A stretch of DNA of 32,000 bases from Desulfobulbus propionicus DSM 2032. GTDB lineage: Bacteria > Desulfobacterota > Desulfobulbia > Desulfobulbales > Desulfobulbaceae. Of the stretch, positions 1-10,154 are shown piece by piece. Where the stretch lies: contig NC_014972.1 in assembly GCF_000186885.1 (NCBI RefSeq), positions 2,700,001 to 2,732,000 of the forward strand, in the 5' to 3' direction. Each line of letters starts with the position of its first letter. Positions within the stretch are counted from its first letter, which is position 1. A model generated the notes under the pieces. The model was not told where the DNA came from, made no database searches, and saw only the letters and a program-made list of their open reading frames with translations. Both the position numbers and the translations under genes were made by a program.

Positions 1-2
1 TC

Positions 3-434
3 ATCACCGGCATTATCCTGTTTTTGGAAAATCGCAAAGCCAGAGGCGGCAAATATGCGGTTGAAACCAGTGCCGGTGGACGTACGCTTGGCTCCAAGAC
101 CATGCCCTACACTGGTGTGGCTATTTTTGTTTTCATCCTCATCCATCTGGCAAATTTCCACTTTGTCGAGAAAACCGAGGTGAAGACCATCTCTGACTTT
201 GTCACCGAAGTCCTGAACAACCCGTTTTTCACCCTTATTTACGGAGCAGGTATCTGCCTCCTCTTCATCCATATCAGCCACGGTTTCTGGTCACTGCTCC
301 AGACCTTTGGCATCAGCCATCCGAAATATGATTATCCGTTGCGTGTGATTACCTGGGCACTTGCGGGCATCATGGGCGGCGTCTTTTTGTTGATCACCTT
401 CTTGATGGTCATCTCCCGGAATCAATTGCTCTAA
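3..434 (+). CDS. Succinate dehydrogenase/fumarate reductase cytochrome b subunit (5'-truncated by window edge)
   Basis: Reading frame is open to the window edge (ITGIILFLENRKARGGKYAVET...), with hydrophobic helices and histidines (FVFILIHLANFHF, LLFIHISHGFWSLLQTFG). It lies directly upstream of flavoprotein and FeS genes. Confidence 0.9.
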   Translation: MTGIILFLENRKARGGKYAVETSAGGRTLGSKTMPYTGVAIFVFILIHLANFHFVEKTEVKTISDFVTEVLNNPFFTLIYGAGICLLFIHISHGFWSLLQTFGISHPKYDYPLRVITWALAGIMGGVFLLITFLMVISRNQLL

Positions 435-544
435 TTCAGTACATTTGACAGAGAGGACAGAAGGTTCCCCGAGAGCCATGAACTTGATGAGGAATCTTCC
501 CAACAAGCCTTATCCCCACTTAACCACAGCAAAAAGAAACGACT

Positions 545-2470
545 ATGCAGCTTGACGCAAAGATACCTGAAGGACCGATAGCCGAAAAATGGGACAAATG
601 CCGTTTTTCCAATAAACTCGTTAACCCTGCCAACAAACGCAAATACGAAGTTATTATCGTAGGAACCGGTCTGGCGGGCGCATCCGCCGCCGCGACGCTC
701 GGCGAACTGGGCTACAATGTCAAATCGTTCTGCATCCAGGATAGCCCCCGGCGCGCTCATTCCATCGCAGCCCAAGGTGGCATCAATGCCGCCAAGAACT
801 ATCAGGGTGATGGCGACTCGATTTTCCGTCTGTTCTATGACACGGTCAAGGGTGGCGACTTCCGCGCTCGCGAGGCCAACGTCTATCGCCTGGCTCAAGT
901 ATCCAACAACATTATTGACCAGTGCGTGGCCCAAGGCGTGCCCTTTGCCCGTGAATACGGTGGAACATTGGCCAACCGCTCTTTTGGTGGTGCCCAGGTT
1001 TCCCGTACCTTCTATGCCCGTGGTCAGACGGGGCAGCAGTTGCTCCTTGGCGCCTACACCGCCATGATGCGTCAGGTCGCCACCGGCAAGGTAAAAATGT
1101 ATACCCGTCGTGAAATGATGGATCTGGTTGTTGTTGACGGCGTTGCCAAGGGCATCATCGTTCGCAATCTGGTGACTGGCGAGATCGAGAAGTACTCGGC
1201 CCATGCGGTGGTGCTCGCCACCGGCGGATACGGCAATGTGTACTTCCTGTCCACCAACGCCATGGCCTCCAACGTCACCGCCGCTTACCGTTCCTATAAA
1301 CGTGGTGCTGGTTTCGCTAATCCTTGCTTTGTCCAGATTCACCCGACGTGTATTCCGGTCCATGGTGAGTTCCAGTCCAAATTGACCCTGATGAGCGAGA
1401 GTTTGCGCAACGATGGCCGGGTATGGGTTCCCAAGGCCAAAGGCGACAAACGGCACCCCAACGACATCCCTGAGGATGAACGTGATTACTACCTCGAGCG
1501 GAAATATCCGTCATTCGGTAACCTCGTTCCCCGCGACGTTGCCTCTCGTAACGCCAAGCAGGCTTGCGACGAAGGCCATGGTATCGGTGAGACCGGATTG
1601 GGTGTGTACCTTGATTTTGCCGATGCCATCAAGCGCGACGGTCTGGATGTGGTCATGAGAAAGTATGGAAACCTGTTCCATATGTACCAGAAAATCACTG
1701 ACAGCGATCCGACCAAAGAGCCGATGCAAATTTATCCGGCTATTCACTATACCATGGGCGGTCTCTGGGTCGACTATCACCTGATGACCACTGTCCCAGG
1801 TCTGTACGCCACCGGTGAGTGTAACTTCTCCGACCATGGAGCTAACCGCTTGGGTGCTTCCGCACTGATGCAAGGCTTGGCTGACGGGTATTTCGTCCTG
1901 CCCTACACGATCGGTAACTATCTAGCCACCGTTCCGCCGGTTCCGACCAATACCAACGATCCGGCCTTTGAGGCGGCGGCTAACGAAGTGAAAGATCAGA
2001 TCGCCAAGCTTCTGAAAAATACCAAGAGCGGTAAAGGTGGGCAGACCGTTGATCATTACCATAAAGAACTGGGTAAGATCATGTGGGATTACTGCGGCAT
2101 GGCTCGGAAAAAGGAAGGTCTTGAGTATGCCCTGAAGAGAATTCCCGAGATCCGCGCTGAATTCTGGGAGAACGTGGTTGTCCCCGGATCCGGTCAGGAA
2201 CTCAACCAATCCCTGGAGCGTGCCGGTCGTGTCGCTGATTTCCTCGAGTTCGGCGAACTTTTGGTGCGCGATGCACTCCAACGCGAGGAATCCTGCGGCG
2301 GTCACTTCAGAGAAGAAAGCCAGACAGAGGAAAACGAAGCCAAACGTGACGATGCAAACTTCAGCTATGTAGCCGTTTGGGAGTACAAAGGACAAGGAAC
2401 AGCCCCGGCGTTGCATAAAGAGCCGCTGACCTTTGAGTACGTCACTCCTTCACAGCGTAGCTACAAGTAA
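545..2470 (+). CDS. sdhA: Succinate dehydrogenase/fumarate reductase flavoprotein subunit
   Basis: 641 aa ORF; FAD-binding [20 protein letters not shown], covalent-FAD region [18 protein letters not shown], and active-site region [11 protein letters not shown] / [10 protein letters not shown]. Confidence 0.96.
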   Translation: MQLDAKIPEGPIAEKWDKCRFSNKLVNPANKRKYEVIIVGTGLAGASAAATLGELGYNVKSFCIQDSPRRAHSIAAQGGINAAKNYQGDGDSIFRLFYDTVKGGDFRAREANVYRLAQVSNNIIDQCVAQGVPFAREYGGTLANRSFGGAQVSRTFYARGQTGQQLLLGAYTAMMRQVATGKVKMYTRREMMDLVVVDGVAKGIIVRNLVTGEIEKYSAHAVVLATGGYGNVYFLSTNAMASNVTAAYRSYKRGAGFANPCFVQIHPTCIPVHGEFQSKLTLMSESLRNDGRVWVPKAKGDKRHPNDIPEDERDYYLERKYPSFGNLVPRDVASRNAKQACDEGHGIGETGLGVYLDFADAIKRDGLDVVMRKYGNLFHMYQKITDSDPTKEPMQIYPAIHYTMGGLWVDYHLMTTVPGLYATGECNFSDHGANRLGASALMQGLADGYFVLPYTIGNYLATVPPVPTNTNDPAFEAAANEVKDQIAKLLKNTKSGKGGQTVDHYHKELGKIMWDYCGMARKKEGLEYALKRIPEIRAEFWENVVVPGSGQELNQSLERAGRVADFLEFGELLVRDALQREESCGGHFREESQTEENEAKRDDANFSYVAVWEYKGQGTAPALHKEPLTFEYVTPSQRSYK

Positions 2471-2538
2471 TGTAGATCTGTACACTTGTATAAACAGTTT
2501 CATCACTGAAGTCTAAAATACAACGCAGAAGAAAGCTC

Positions 2539-3303
2539 ATGTCATCGAAAACGATCAATATAATAGTAAAAATTTGGCGACAGAATGGTCCTCTGGCTCA
2601 AGGCGCTTTTGAGGAACATGCTCTCAAGGACATCAGCACCGACAGCTCCTTCCTGGAAATGATCGACGTGCTCAACGAATGGCTGACCATCAAAGGTCTG
2701 GAACCCATCGCCTTTGACCACGACTGCCGTGAGGGTATTTGCGGTATGTGCGGTGCGGTGGTCAATGGTACGGCTCACGGCCCTGACAAGGAAACCACCC
2801 TGTGCCAGCTGCACATGCGCCGCTTTAAAAACGGCGACACCATTGTCATCGAACCCTTCCGCTCTCAGGGGTTCCCGATTGTCAAGGATCTGATCGTCGA
2901 CCGCTCCGCCCTGGATCGGATTATTGCCGCTGGCGGCTATGTCTCGGTCAATACCGGCTCCCCCCAGGACGGCAACACCATTCTTATCCCGCAGCACGTG
3001 GCCGAGCAAGCCATGGATGCCGCAGCCTGCATTGGCTGCGGCGCCTGCGCAGCGGCATGTCCCAACGGAACCCCGATGCTCTTCCTCGGTGCAAAAGTTT
3101 CTCAGTTTGCCCTTCTGCCCCAAGGACAACTGGAAGCCAAAAAGCGGGCCATCAACATGGTTATGCAGATGGACAAGGAAGGTTTCGGTAACTGCGGCAA
3201 CGAGCGCGAGTGTGAAAATGTTTGCCCGAAAGGTATCACCATCCGCAATATTGCTCGCTTGAACAGAGAATTTCTCAAGGCATCGTTCACCATTGATCAC
3301 TGA
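2539..3303 (+). CDS. sdhB: Succinate dehydrogenase/fumarate reductase iron-sulfur subunit
   Basis: 254 aa ORF; [2Fe-2S] motif [10 protein letters not shown], then [12 protein letters not shown] and CENVCPKGI cluster motifs; third gene of the C-A-B order. Confidence 0.95.
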   Translation: MSSKTINIIVKIWRQNGPLAQGAFEEHALKDISTDSSFLEMIDVLNEWLTIKGLEPIAFDHDCREGICGMCGAVVNGTAHGPDKETTLCQLHMRRFKNGDTIVIEPFRSQGFPIVKDLIVDRSALDRIIAAGGYVSVNTGSPQDGNTILIPQHVAEQAMDAAACIGCGACAAACPNGTPMLFLGAKVSQFALLPQGQLEAKKRAINMVMQMDKEGFGNCGNERECENVCPKGITIRNIARLNREFLKASFTIDH

Positions 3304-3354
3304 TCACCGAGCCGGCAAACGAGAGACCTCTCTACCTAACTGACTCAGGAAAAA

Positions 3355-3390
3355 GGAGATACCGCTCAGCGGTATCTCCTTTTTTTTTCT
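3355..3390 (+). terminator. Rho-independent terminator of the sdh/frd operon
   Basis: GGAGATACCGC-TCA-GCGGTATCTCC perfect 11 bp stem (3355-3379), followed by a run of about 10 T. Confidence 0.95.
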
Positions 3391-3628
3391 TCACCCAGTG
3401 TGCGTCTTATCCCCCCGAGCAAGTTCGCTCTTTGCCTCTGTGACGCTCTTGTTCACGGCAAGGAAAATGATCCAACAACTTCCCCAGTCAGTCCTTCGCC
3501 CCCTCTCTGTGTTATTCTTCAAATTGCTCTTCAGCGGGAATCGTGCCTTGCATTCCAATCCCCGTGCGGTTTACTATCGCATTACTTTTTGAAAGCGACA
3601 CCCTTCCCTGAGTTCTTGCGGCAGGTTC

Positions 3629-5467
3629 ATGAAATCAATCCCTCGTATCAACTATTTCATAGCCCTATCAGTCTACCTGGTGGTCATTGCATGGAACATT
3701 TGGTGGACCTTTACGTGGCTCTATCATCAACGATTGCAGGATTTGGCCGAGGAAGGAGCCAGTCGACTCGAACTCTACATGACCTATCTCCAGGGCGTTC
3801 TCGAAAAATACGAACATCTGCCGGAACTCCTGGCCAATGACCGTATTTTGATCGACTTGCTCAATGGGCATCTCGGTGCCAACGAAATCGACTTTCTCAA
3901 TCAATACCTTGAAAAGATCAACCGCATCAGCCATGCCTCGGACACCTACCTCATGAACAGCGAAGGATTAACCATCGCTGCCAGCAATTGGCAGGAACCC
4001 GCCCCCTTTGTCGGACAAAATTTCAGCTACCGCCCATACTTTCAACAAGCGATGCAAGGCCGGCTCGGCAAATATTTTGCGCTAGGCAACACCTCGAGCG
4101 TACGGGGGTACTATTTTGCCTATCCTGTCCGCCACAAGGAAAAAATTCTTGGTGTCTTGAGCATTAAAATCAACATCGATACCGTGGAACACAACTGGGG
4201 GCGGGAAGAACAAACCTTTCTTGTCACCGATCCCGATGGAGTCATCTTTTTATCAACCAACCAGAACTGGCGGTTCCGAACGCTTGCCCCACTCACCGAG
4301 TCCGCTCATCAACGGATTACCGACAGCCGCAGGTATCCGAATGCCTCCTTGACCGCCTTGAAAATGTTCACCGAGGAAAGCAACGATTCAGGCAGGATTA
4401 TTCAACTCAGCACCTCGCCCCACGAAAAGACGCGGGAATACCTGCTCCAGACCAAAACCATGGAACAAGCGGGATGGAATGTTCATATTTTCACCGACAC
4501 CTGGAGAGTAGAGCGTTTTGTCTTTTTTGTCTTCATAGCAATGAATGCGGTGCTCGCCCTCAGCGTTTTGCTGAGTCTGCTCTTCAAACAACGACGTCAG
4601 CGGATCAATGACCTCAAATGTTTTGAAGAGCAATCGCGGAAGGTACTGCAAGAGGCCAATGAACGACTTGAAACCAGAGTCACTGAACGCACTCAAGAAT
4701 TGACGGAGGCCAACACCATGCTCCGCAAGGAGATTGAAGATCGCAAACGGATGGAAATCGCTCTGCGAAACACCCGGTCAGAACTCACCCATGCAGCAAA
4801 AATGGCCGCTCTTGGTCAAATGTCCGCGGGAATTAGCCATGAATTGAACCAACCGCTTGCCGCCATCCGTAGTTATTCCGACAATGGCCGTCTTTTTTTG
4901 GAGAAAGGACGGTTTGATGAAGCGATGTGGAACCTCGAACAGATCAGCGAGCTCACCGAGCGTATGGCCCAGATTGGCGTGCAGTTGCGACAATTTTCCC
5001 GTAAATCCAGCGGGCAGCTCAGCAAAGTCCCATTGCATGGAGTGATTGATGGTGCGCTGGAAATTCTTAATCCGATCCTTCGGAAATCCGATGTGTGGGT
5101 CAAGGTGGTCATTGACCCCCCTGAGCTCGATGTCCGTGCCAACCACGTTTTGTTGCAACAGGTCATCGTCAATTTGGTCAGCAATGCACTCCATGCGGTC
5201 GAAGGAATGCCGCACCAGGAAATCAAGATCCGAGGCTACCGCCAGGAAGGCAAGGTGTTGCTGAGCGTTGCCGACAGCGGGCCAGGCATTTCACCCGAAC
5301 ATCTACCCCACATTTTCGAGCCGTTCTACACCACCAAACAAAGCGGTCAGGGATTGGGACTCGGTTTGACCATCACCGAACGGATTCTCCATGAAATGAA
5401 CGGCGCAATTCGAGTCATGGAAAATAACGGCGGGGCGAAATTCGTGTGTACTCTTGAGGAAGCATAA
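3629..5467 (+). CDS. Sensor histidine kinase, DctB-like (C4-dicarboxylate/TRAP-type sensing)
   Basis: 612 aa; N-terminal TM plus periplasmic sensor region, second TM (FVFFVFIAMNAVLALSVLLSLLF), H-box AALGQMSAGISHELNQPLAAIRSYSDNG, N-box NLVSNALHAVEG, G boxes ADSGPGISPEH and GLGLGLTI. Confidence 0.9.
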   Translation: MKSIPRINYFIALSVYLVVIAWNIWWTFTWLYHQRLQDLAEEGASRLELYMTYLQGVLEKYEHLPELLANDRILIDLLNGHLGANEIDFLNQYLEKINRISHASDTYLMNSEGLTIAASNWQEPAPFVGQNFSYRPYFQQAMQGRLGKYFALGNTSSVRGYYFAYPVRHKEKILGVLSIKINIDTVEHNWGREEQTFLVTDPDGVIFLSTNQNWRFRTLAPLTESAHQRITDSRRYPNASLTALKMFTEESNDSGRIIQLSTSPHEKTREYLLQTKTMEQAGWNVHIFTDTWRVERFVFFVFIAMNAVLALSVLLSLLFKQRRQRINDLKCFEEQSRKVLQEANERLETRVTERTQELTEANTMLRKEIEDRKRMEIALRNTRSELTHAAKMAALGQMSAGISHELNQPLAAIRSYSDNGRLFLEKGRFDEAMWNLEQISELTERMAQIGVQLRQFSRKSSGQLSKVPLHGVIDGALEILNPILRKSDVWVKVVIDPPELDVRANHVLLQQVIVNLVSNALHAVEGMPHQEIKIRGYRQEGKVLLSVADSGPGISPEHLPHIFEPFYTTKQSGQGLGLGLTITERILHEMNGAIRVMENNGGAKFVCTLEEA

Positions 5468-5478
5468 CCAGACGCGAT

Positions 5479-6834
5479 ATGAACGTAAGCAACCAAGTTC
5501 TATTTATTGACGATGAAAGGCACATCCGCCAGGCCAACATGCAGACGCTTGAACTGGCTGATCTGGAAGTCCTGTGCTTCGAGGACGCGGAAAGTGCCTT
5601 GCCGCATCTTTCCATGGACTGGCCGGGGGTTGTGATTTGCGACATCCGCTTGCCGGCCATGAACGGTTTGGAATTTCTCCTGCAAACGCAAAAAATCGAC
5701 CGGGATCTACCGGTGATCCTGATCACCGGTCATGGCGACATCTCCACCGCTGTCCAGGCCATGCGCGACGGAGCCTACGACTTCATCGAAAAACCCTATT
5801 CCGCTGAACGTCTGGTCAAAACTGTCCAACGCGCTTTGGAAAAAAGAGCGCTTACCCTGGAAAACCGGGTTCTGCGCCAGGAACTTGAAGCACACAGCGC
5901 CCCAGGACCGCGAATCATCGGCAAGACACCGGCCATGGTGCAGCTGCGGGCCACCATTGCCCGGGTCGCCGACACCGGTGCGGATATTCTGATAGTCGGG
6001 GAAACCGGCACCGGCAAGGAACTGGTCGCCCGTTCCCTGCATGAACACAGCCAACGCCGGACCAAGAATTTTGTGGCGGTCAACTGCGGCGCCGTTCCTG
6101 AAAGCATTATTGAAAGCGAGCTGTTCGGGCATGAGGCAGGCGCATTCACCGATGCCAAGAAAACCAGGATCGGCAAATTCGAGTACGCGGATGGCGGCAC
6201 TCTGTTCCTTGACGAGATCGAGTCCATGCCGCTGCGCACGCAGGTCCACCTGTTGCGAGTTCTTCAGGAGCGGGTGCTCGAACGGCTTGGCTCCAATACC
6301 CTGATTCCCCTCGACGTGCGGGTGGTGGCCGCTTCCAAGATAGACCTCTTCCTGGCGGCTGAAGCAGGACAGTTTCGTGAGGATCTGTACTACCGGCTCA
6401 ACGTGGTTTGCTTGAAAATTCCACCCCTCCGCGCCCGTTTGGAGGACATCCCCCTCCTCTTTCATCATTTTCTCCTGGTCGCCGGCCATCGCTACCAGCA
6501 GGAGGCACCTCTCCCCACGTCCTCGCAGATGAATGCCCTGATGGCCTATAACTGGCCGGGCAACGTGCGGGAACTGCGGAATCTCGCCGAACGGTATGTG
6601 CTGCTGGGTAGTCAATATGGCTGGTCCCTTGACCAGCTGTTGTCGGGAACGGAAACGAAGCAGGAATACAGCCTCGCCAGACAGGTTGATGGCTTTGAAC
6701 GCGGCTTAATCGAACAGGCCTTGCTGGCCAGCAACGGCAGTATCAAGGATGTCATGGATGCCCTGGCCATTCCGCGCAAGACACTCTACGACAAGATGCG
6801 TAAATATGGCCTCGACAAGCGTGATTACAAGTAG
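5479..6834 (+). CDS. Sigma-54-dependent response regulator, DctD-like (REC-AAA+-HTH)
   Basis: 451 aa; receiver domain VLFIDDERHIRQANM...VICDIRLPAMNG, Walker A GETGTGKE, GAFTDAKKT sigma-54 contact loop, Fis-like HTH at the C-terminus. It sits 11 bp downstream of the kinase. Confidence 0.93.
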   Translation: MNVSNQVLFIDDERHIRQANMQTLELADLEVLCFEDAESALPHLSMDWPGVVICDIRLPAMNGLEFLLQTQKIDRDLPVILITGHGDISTAVQAMRDGAYDFIEKPYSAERLVKTVQRALEKRALTLENRVLRQELEAHSAPGPRIIGKTPAMVQLRATIARVADTGADILIVGETGTGKELVARSLHEHSQRRTKNFVAVNCGAVPESIIESELFGHEAGAFTDAKKTRIGKFEYADGGTLFLDEIESMPLRTQVHLLRVLQERVLERLGSNTLIPLDVRVVAASKIDLFLAAEAGQFREDLYYRLNVVCLKIPPLRARLEDIPLLFHHFLLVAGHRYQQEAPLPTSSQMNALMAYNWPGNVRELRNLAERYVLLGSQYGWSLDQLLSGTETKQEYSLARQVDGFERGLIEQALLASNGSIKDVMDALAIPRKTLYDKMRKYGLDKRDYK

Positions 6835-6923
6835 CGGCACGCGGGCCGCGCCCAGCGCTGACCCGCCGCCGCATTGATTCAATGATTGCCCCGGCGGCGA
6901 TGAGCGGCGCAAAAATTCACTGC

Positions 6924-6966
6924 CTGCTGGGGCAAAGAAGGCACACATGCTTCCTCGCCCCAGCAG
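6924..6966 (-). terminator. Possible hairpin terminator for the TRAP operon (convergent intergenic region)
   Basis: Perfect 10 bp stem CTGCTGGGGC (6924-6933) / GCCCCAGCAG (6957-6966) with a loop that can pair further (GAAG.CA/TG.CTTC). A short T run (TTTTT) follows on the minus strand. Confidence 0.45.
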
Positions 6967-6975
6967 CACAACATG

Positions 6976-8259
6976 TCACATCATCCCGAGCACCTTCGGC
7001 AGCCAGATCGACAGCGGCGGCCAATAGGTGACAATGACGAGGAACACGAGCATGGTCAGCAACCAGGGCCAGACCGCGACCGTCAACTCCGTGATCCCCA
7101 TCTTGGTGATGCCCGAGGCCACGTAGAGATTCAAACCGACAGGCGGATGGCACATGCCGACCTCCATGTTGACCGTCATCATGATGCCGAAATGCACCGG
7201 GTCGATCCCCAACTGCATCGAAACCGGGAAGAGAATGGGCGCGAAGATCAGCATGATCGACGAGGGCTCCATGAAGTTGCCCGCGGCCAGGAGTAGGATG
7301 TTGACCGCAAAAAGGAAGGCGATCTGCCCCAACCCCTTGTCGAGCAGCCAACCGGCCAGGAGCTGCGGAATGTTCTCGTTGGCCAGGATAAAGGAGAACA
7401 TGACGGCGTTGGTGATGATATAGAGCAACATTGCCGACATGTTGGCCGAATTGAGCAGCACCTTGGGCACATCTTTCATCCCCAGGTCCTTGTAAATGAA
7501 CACGGCCACGATACAGGAGTAGACCGCGCTCATCGCCGCCGCTTCCGTCGGGGTGAATATACCGCTGTAGATACCGCCCATGACTACGACGATCAGCATC
7601 AATCCCCACACAGACTCGCGAAAGGTCCGCAGTCGTTCGCCCCAGCTGGCCTTGGGCTGGCGCGGAAAGTTGAACTTCCTCGCCCGGTACCAGGTCAGGA
7701 TGCCGAGCATCGAAGCCAGCATGATGCCGGGAATGACGCCGGCCATGAACAAGGCGCCCACCGAGGTGTTGGTGGCCACCGAGTACATGACCATGACGAT
7801 GGACGGCGGGATGAGGATGCCCAGCGCTCCCGAGGTCGTGATGACACCGGCGCCAAACTGTTTGGGAAATCCGGCCTTGAGCATCCCTGGCAGCAGAATG
7901 GAGCCGATGGCCACCACCGTGGCAGGCGAAGAGCCGGAGACCGCGGCGAACAGGGCACAGGCCACAACGCCCGAAAGGGCGAGCCCGCCGTGCCAATGGC
8001 CCACCAGGGAGGTGGCAAAATTGATCATCCGCCGCGCCACTCCGCCATGGGTGAGAAAATTGCCGGCGAGAATGAAGAAGGGGATCGCCATGATCTCGAA
8101 TTTCTCGATACCGGTGAACAGTTTGAGGGCGACCGACTCCAGCGGGACCTGGGTCATGGTAAAGAGAAAAGTCAGTACCGTCAGACCCAACGAAATGGAA
8201 ATGGGCATGCCTGTCAGCATCAAAGCAAGCAGGATACCGAAAATTATGGCAGCGCTCAT
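6976..8259 (-). CDS. dctM: TRAP transporter large permease subunit DctM
   Basis: 427 aa highly hydrophobic ORF; typical FLTIPFFILAGNFLTHGGVARRMINFA and SSPATVVAIGSILLPGMLKAGFPKQFGAGVITTSGALGILIPPSI motifs. Confidence 0.94.
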   Translation of the reverse strand: MSAAIIFGILLALMLTGMPISISLGLTVLTFLFTMTQVPLESVALKLFTGIEKFEIMAIPFFILAGNFLTHGGVARRMINFATSLVGHWHGGLALSGVVACALFAAVSGSSPATVVAIGSILLPGMLKAGFPKQFGAGVITTSGALGILIPPSIVMVMYSVATNTSVGALFMAGVIPGIMLASMLGILTWYRARKFNFPRQPKASWGERLRTFRESVWGLMLIVVVMGGIYSGIFTPTEAAAMSAVYSCIVAVFIYKDLGMKDVPKVLLNSANMSAMLLYIITNAVMFSFILANENIPQLLAGWLLDKGLGQIAFLFAVNILLLAAGNFMEPSSIMLIFAPILFPVSMQLGIDPVHFGIMMTVNMEVGMCHPPVGLNLYVASGITKMGITELTVAVWPWLLTMLVFLVIVTYWPPLSIWLPKVLGMM

Positions 8260-8948
8260 TGTGCATCCTCCTTGCCGTGGGTGGCCTTGGAGCCGCCTTC
8301 ACCTTTCTCATCCTGAAGGACAACCCGCAGCTCCAGCCGCTTACCCTCCAACGGTTTCTGCTCTTCCTCAATACCGTCCACATGCCCGTGGTCGTGGTGC
8401 GGCAGCTCACCGGTCCTGATGAAACTGACCATGACCTGCAGGAAGCGGAAACACATCAGCGCCGACCCAAAAGGTACCGCGCTGTAGACCACCCAAGTCG
8501 GCCATTCGAGGTCCGGGGTGGTCGGGCCTTCCGGCAGGCTGCCGGTTTCCAAGCCAAGCAGGTTGAAGACGGCATAGTGCATGCCGTTGTCCCAGATGAA
8601 GGTTCCGCCCAGCACCGTGACGATGGAGGTGAACAAGGCACCGGCGAACAAGCCGAAGACGATGAACTTGCCCCGGGTCGACCGTTCCATCTGATTGATG
8701 AGCACATCGACCCCCACATGGATGCCGGTCCGGACACCGTAGGCGGCGCCGAACTTGGCCATCCACACGAACATGATGATGCACAGCTCCTGGGCCCAGC
8801 CGAAATTGAGCCCCAGCAGCCAGTCCTGCACCACTGGAATGGGCCAGCCAGCGACATAGCGGTGCGCCACGGCAAGAAAGATGATCAGGGTCGCCCCTCC
8901 CATGAGGAAGGTAATGAGCCATTCCTCAAGGTGATTTAAGAATTTCAT
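8256..8948 (-). CDS. dctQ: TRAP transporter small permease subunit DctQ
   Basis: Overlaps dctM by 4 nt; MKFLNHLEEWLITFLMGGATLIIFLAVAHRYVAG...WAQELCIIMFVWMAKFGAAYGVRTGIHVGVDVLINQM. It has an extended hydrophilic C-terminal tail. Confidence 0.9.
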   Translation of the reverse strand: MKFLNHLEEWLITFLMGGATLIIFLAVAHRYVAGWPIPVVQDWLLGLNFGWAQELCIIMFVWMAKFGAAYGVRTGIHVGVDVLINQMERSTRGKFIVFGLFAGALFTSIVTVLGGTFIWDNGMHYAVFNLLGLETGSLPEGPTTPDLEWPTWVVYSAVPFGSALMCFRFLQVMVSFIRTGELPHHDHGHVDGIEEEQKPLEGKRLELRVVLQDEKGEGGSKATHGKEDAQ

Positions 8949-9028
8949 TGATCCCGTGTCCTTCAAAACGATGGGAGGCGGAGGACATTCGCCCTCCGCC
9001 TCGAAATTTCATATCTTTCCGTCAAGCC

Positions 9029-10042
9029 CTATTTGGTGAACCCAACCGCCTTCTGGACGGCATCAACGGTCTCCTTGCCGATTCGGCTGGCCATTTTATC
9101 GTGCACCGGAACCAGCACCTTCTTGAAGGCTGCGCGCTCTTCCGGAGTCAACACGGTCACTTCGGTCTTGCCTGAAGCCTTGACCGACTCAAGATCCTTG
9201 TCGTTGGATTCCTTGGCGATCTTGTTGGCATACACGGTCGCCTCATTCATCGCTGTCTCCAACTGGCTGCGAATATCGGCCGGCAACTCTTCCCAGAATT
9301 TCTTGTTGACGATCACCGCGTATCCCAGATAACCGTGGTCGGTGATGGTCATATACTTCTGCACTTCGTGCATTTTCTGGGTGTAAAAATTGGAGATCGG
9401 GTTCTCGGTGCCATCGACAACCCCAGTCTGGAGGGCCTGATAGACCTCGGAAAAGGGCATAACCTGCGGAATCGCCTTCAAGGCACGCATCTGCTCTTCA
9501 AGCACCTTGGAGGACTGGATGCGGAGCTTTTTACCTTTCAGATCCCCGGGGGTTTTGATGGGGGTATTGGCGGAAAACGATTTAAACCCATTGTCCCAGT
9601 AGGCCAGTCCCTTGATCCCCTTGGGTTCCAGCTTGTCCAGCAACTGCCGGCCAACCGGACCGGTGGTGACCTTGTGGAGATCCTCGTACCCATTGAAGAT
9701 AAAGGGCAGATCAAAAACCTCGAAATCCTTCACGCCCAAGGGGCCGAATTTAGCCAACGAAGGAGCCAACATCTGGACGGCGCCGAGTTGCAGGGCCTCC
9801 ATCTCCTCTTTGTCTTTGTACAACTGACTGTTCGGATAGACCTCGACTTTCACCTTGCCCTGGGTGAGTTCCTCCGCCCGTTTCTTGAAGAACTCTGCGG
9901 CGTTGCCCTTGGGTGTGTCAACCGCGACCACGTGGCTGAATTTTATGACGATCGGTTCGGCAAATGCCGGAACGGCGCATAACATGGCTGAAATCGTCAA
10001 CATTCCAATTGCCTTGGCTACTGTCTGAAACATGCTCATCCT
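9029..10042 (-). CDS. dctP: TRAP transporter substrate-binding protein DctP
   Basis: Signal peptide MSMFQTVAKAIGMLTISAMLCAVPAFAEP, then IKFSHVVAVDTPKGNAAEFFKKRAEELTQGKVKVEVYPNSQLYKD. The annotated TTG start at 10102 is less likely than the ATG at 10042 or 10036, which is preceded by a GAGGAGGA-like RBS. Confidence 0.94.
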   Translation of the reverse strand, partial: RMSMFQTVAKAIGMLTISAMLCAVPAFAEPIVIKFSHVVAVDTPKGNAAEFFKKRAEELTQGKVKVEVYPNSQLYKDKEEMEALQLGAVQMLAPSLAKFGPLGVKDFEVFDLPFIFNGYEDLHKVTTGPVGRQLLDKLEPKGIKGLAYWDNGFKSFSANTPIKTPGDLKGKKLRIQSSKVLEEQMRALKAIPQVMPFSEVYQALQTGVVDGTENPISNFYTQKMHEVQKYMTITDHGYLGYAVIVNKKFWEELPADIRSQLETAMNEATVYANKIAKESNDKDLESVKASGKTEVTVLTPEERAAFKKVLVPVHDKMASRIGKETVDAVQKAVGFTK

Positions 10043-10138
10043 CCTCTTTGTTGATCGGTTACCTTGCTGTGTTGTCCCACGCGTGGACATCCCCCACACC
10101 AAGCAAGCTGACCCGTTGCACCAGCTCGTTTCTTTCCT

Positions 10139-10154
10139 AGCAAAATAAGGACCA
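10139..10154 (-). promoter_or_regulatory. Candidate sigma-54 (-24/-12) promoter for dctPQM
   Basis: Minus strand reads TGGTCCTTATTTTGCT: GG and GC at correct -24/-12 spacing, about 100 nt upstream of dctP, with a DctD-like sigma-54 activator encoded nearby. Confidence 0.45.

Noticed and set aside
431-1456. 341-aa minus-strand ORF opposite the succinate dehydrogenase flavoprotein gene
   Set aside because: It is fully antisense to a strongly supported gene, has no recognisable domain, and looks like a codon-bias shadow ORF.
6917-8410. 497-aa minus-strand ORF in an alternate frame of dctM/dctQ
   Set aside because: It overlaps well-supported dctM and dctQ, has an anomalous composition (His/Arg/Gly/Pro rich), and is consistent with a shifted-frame artefact.
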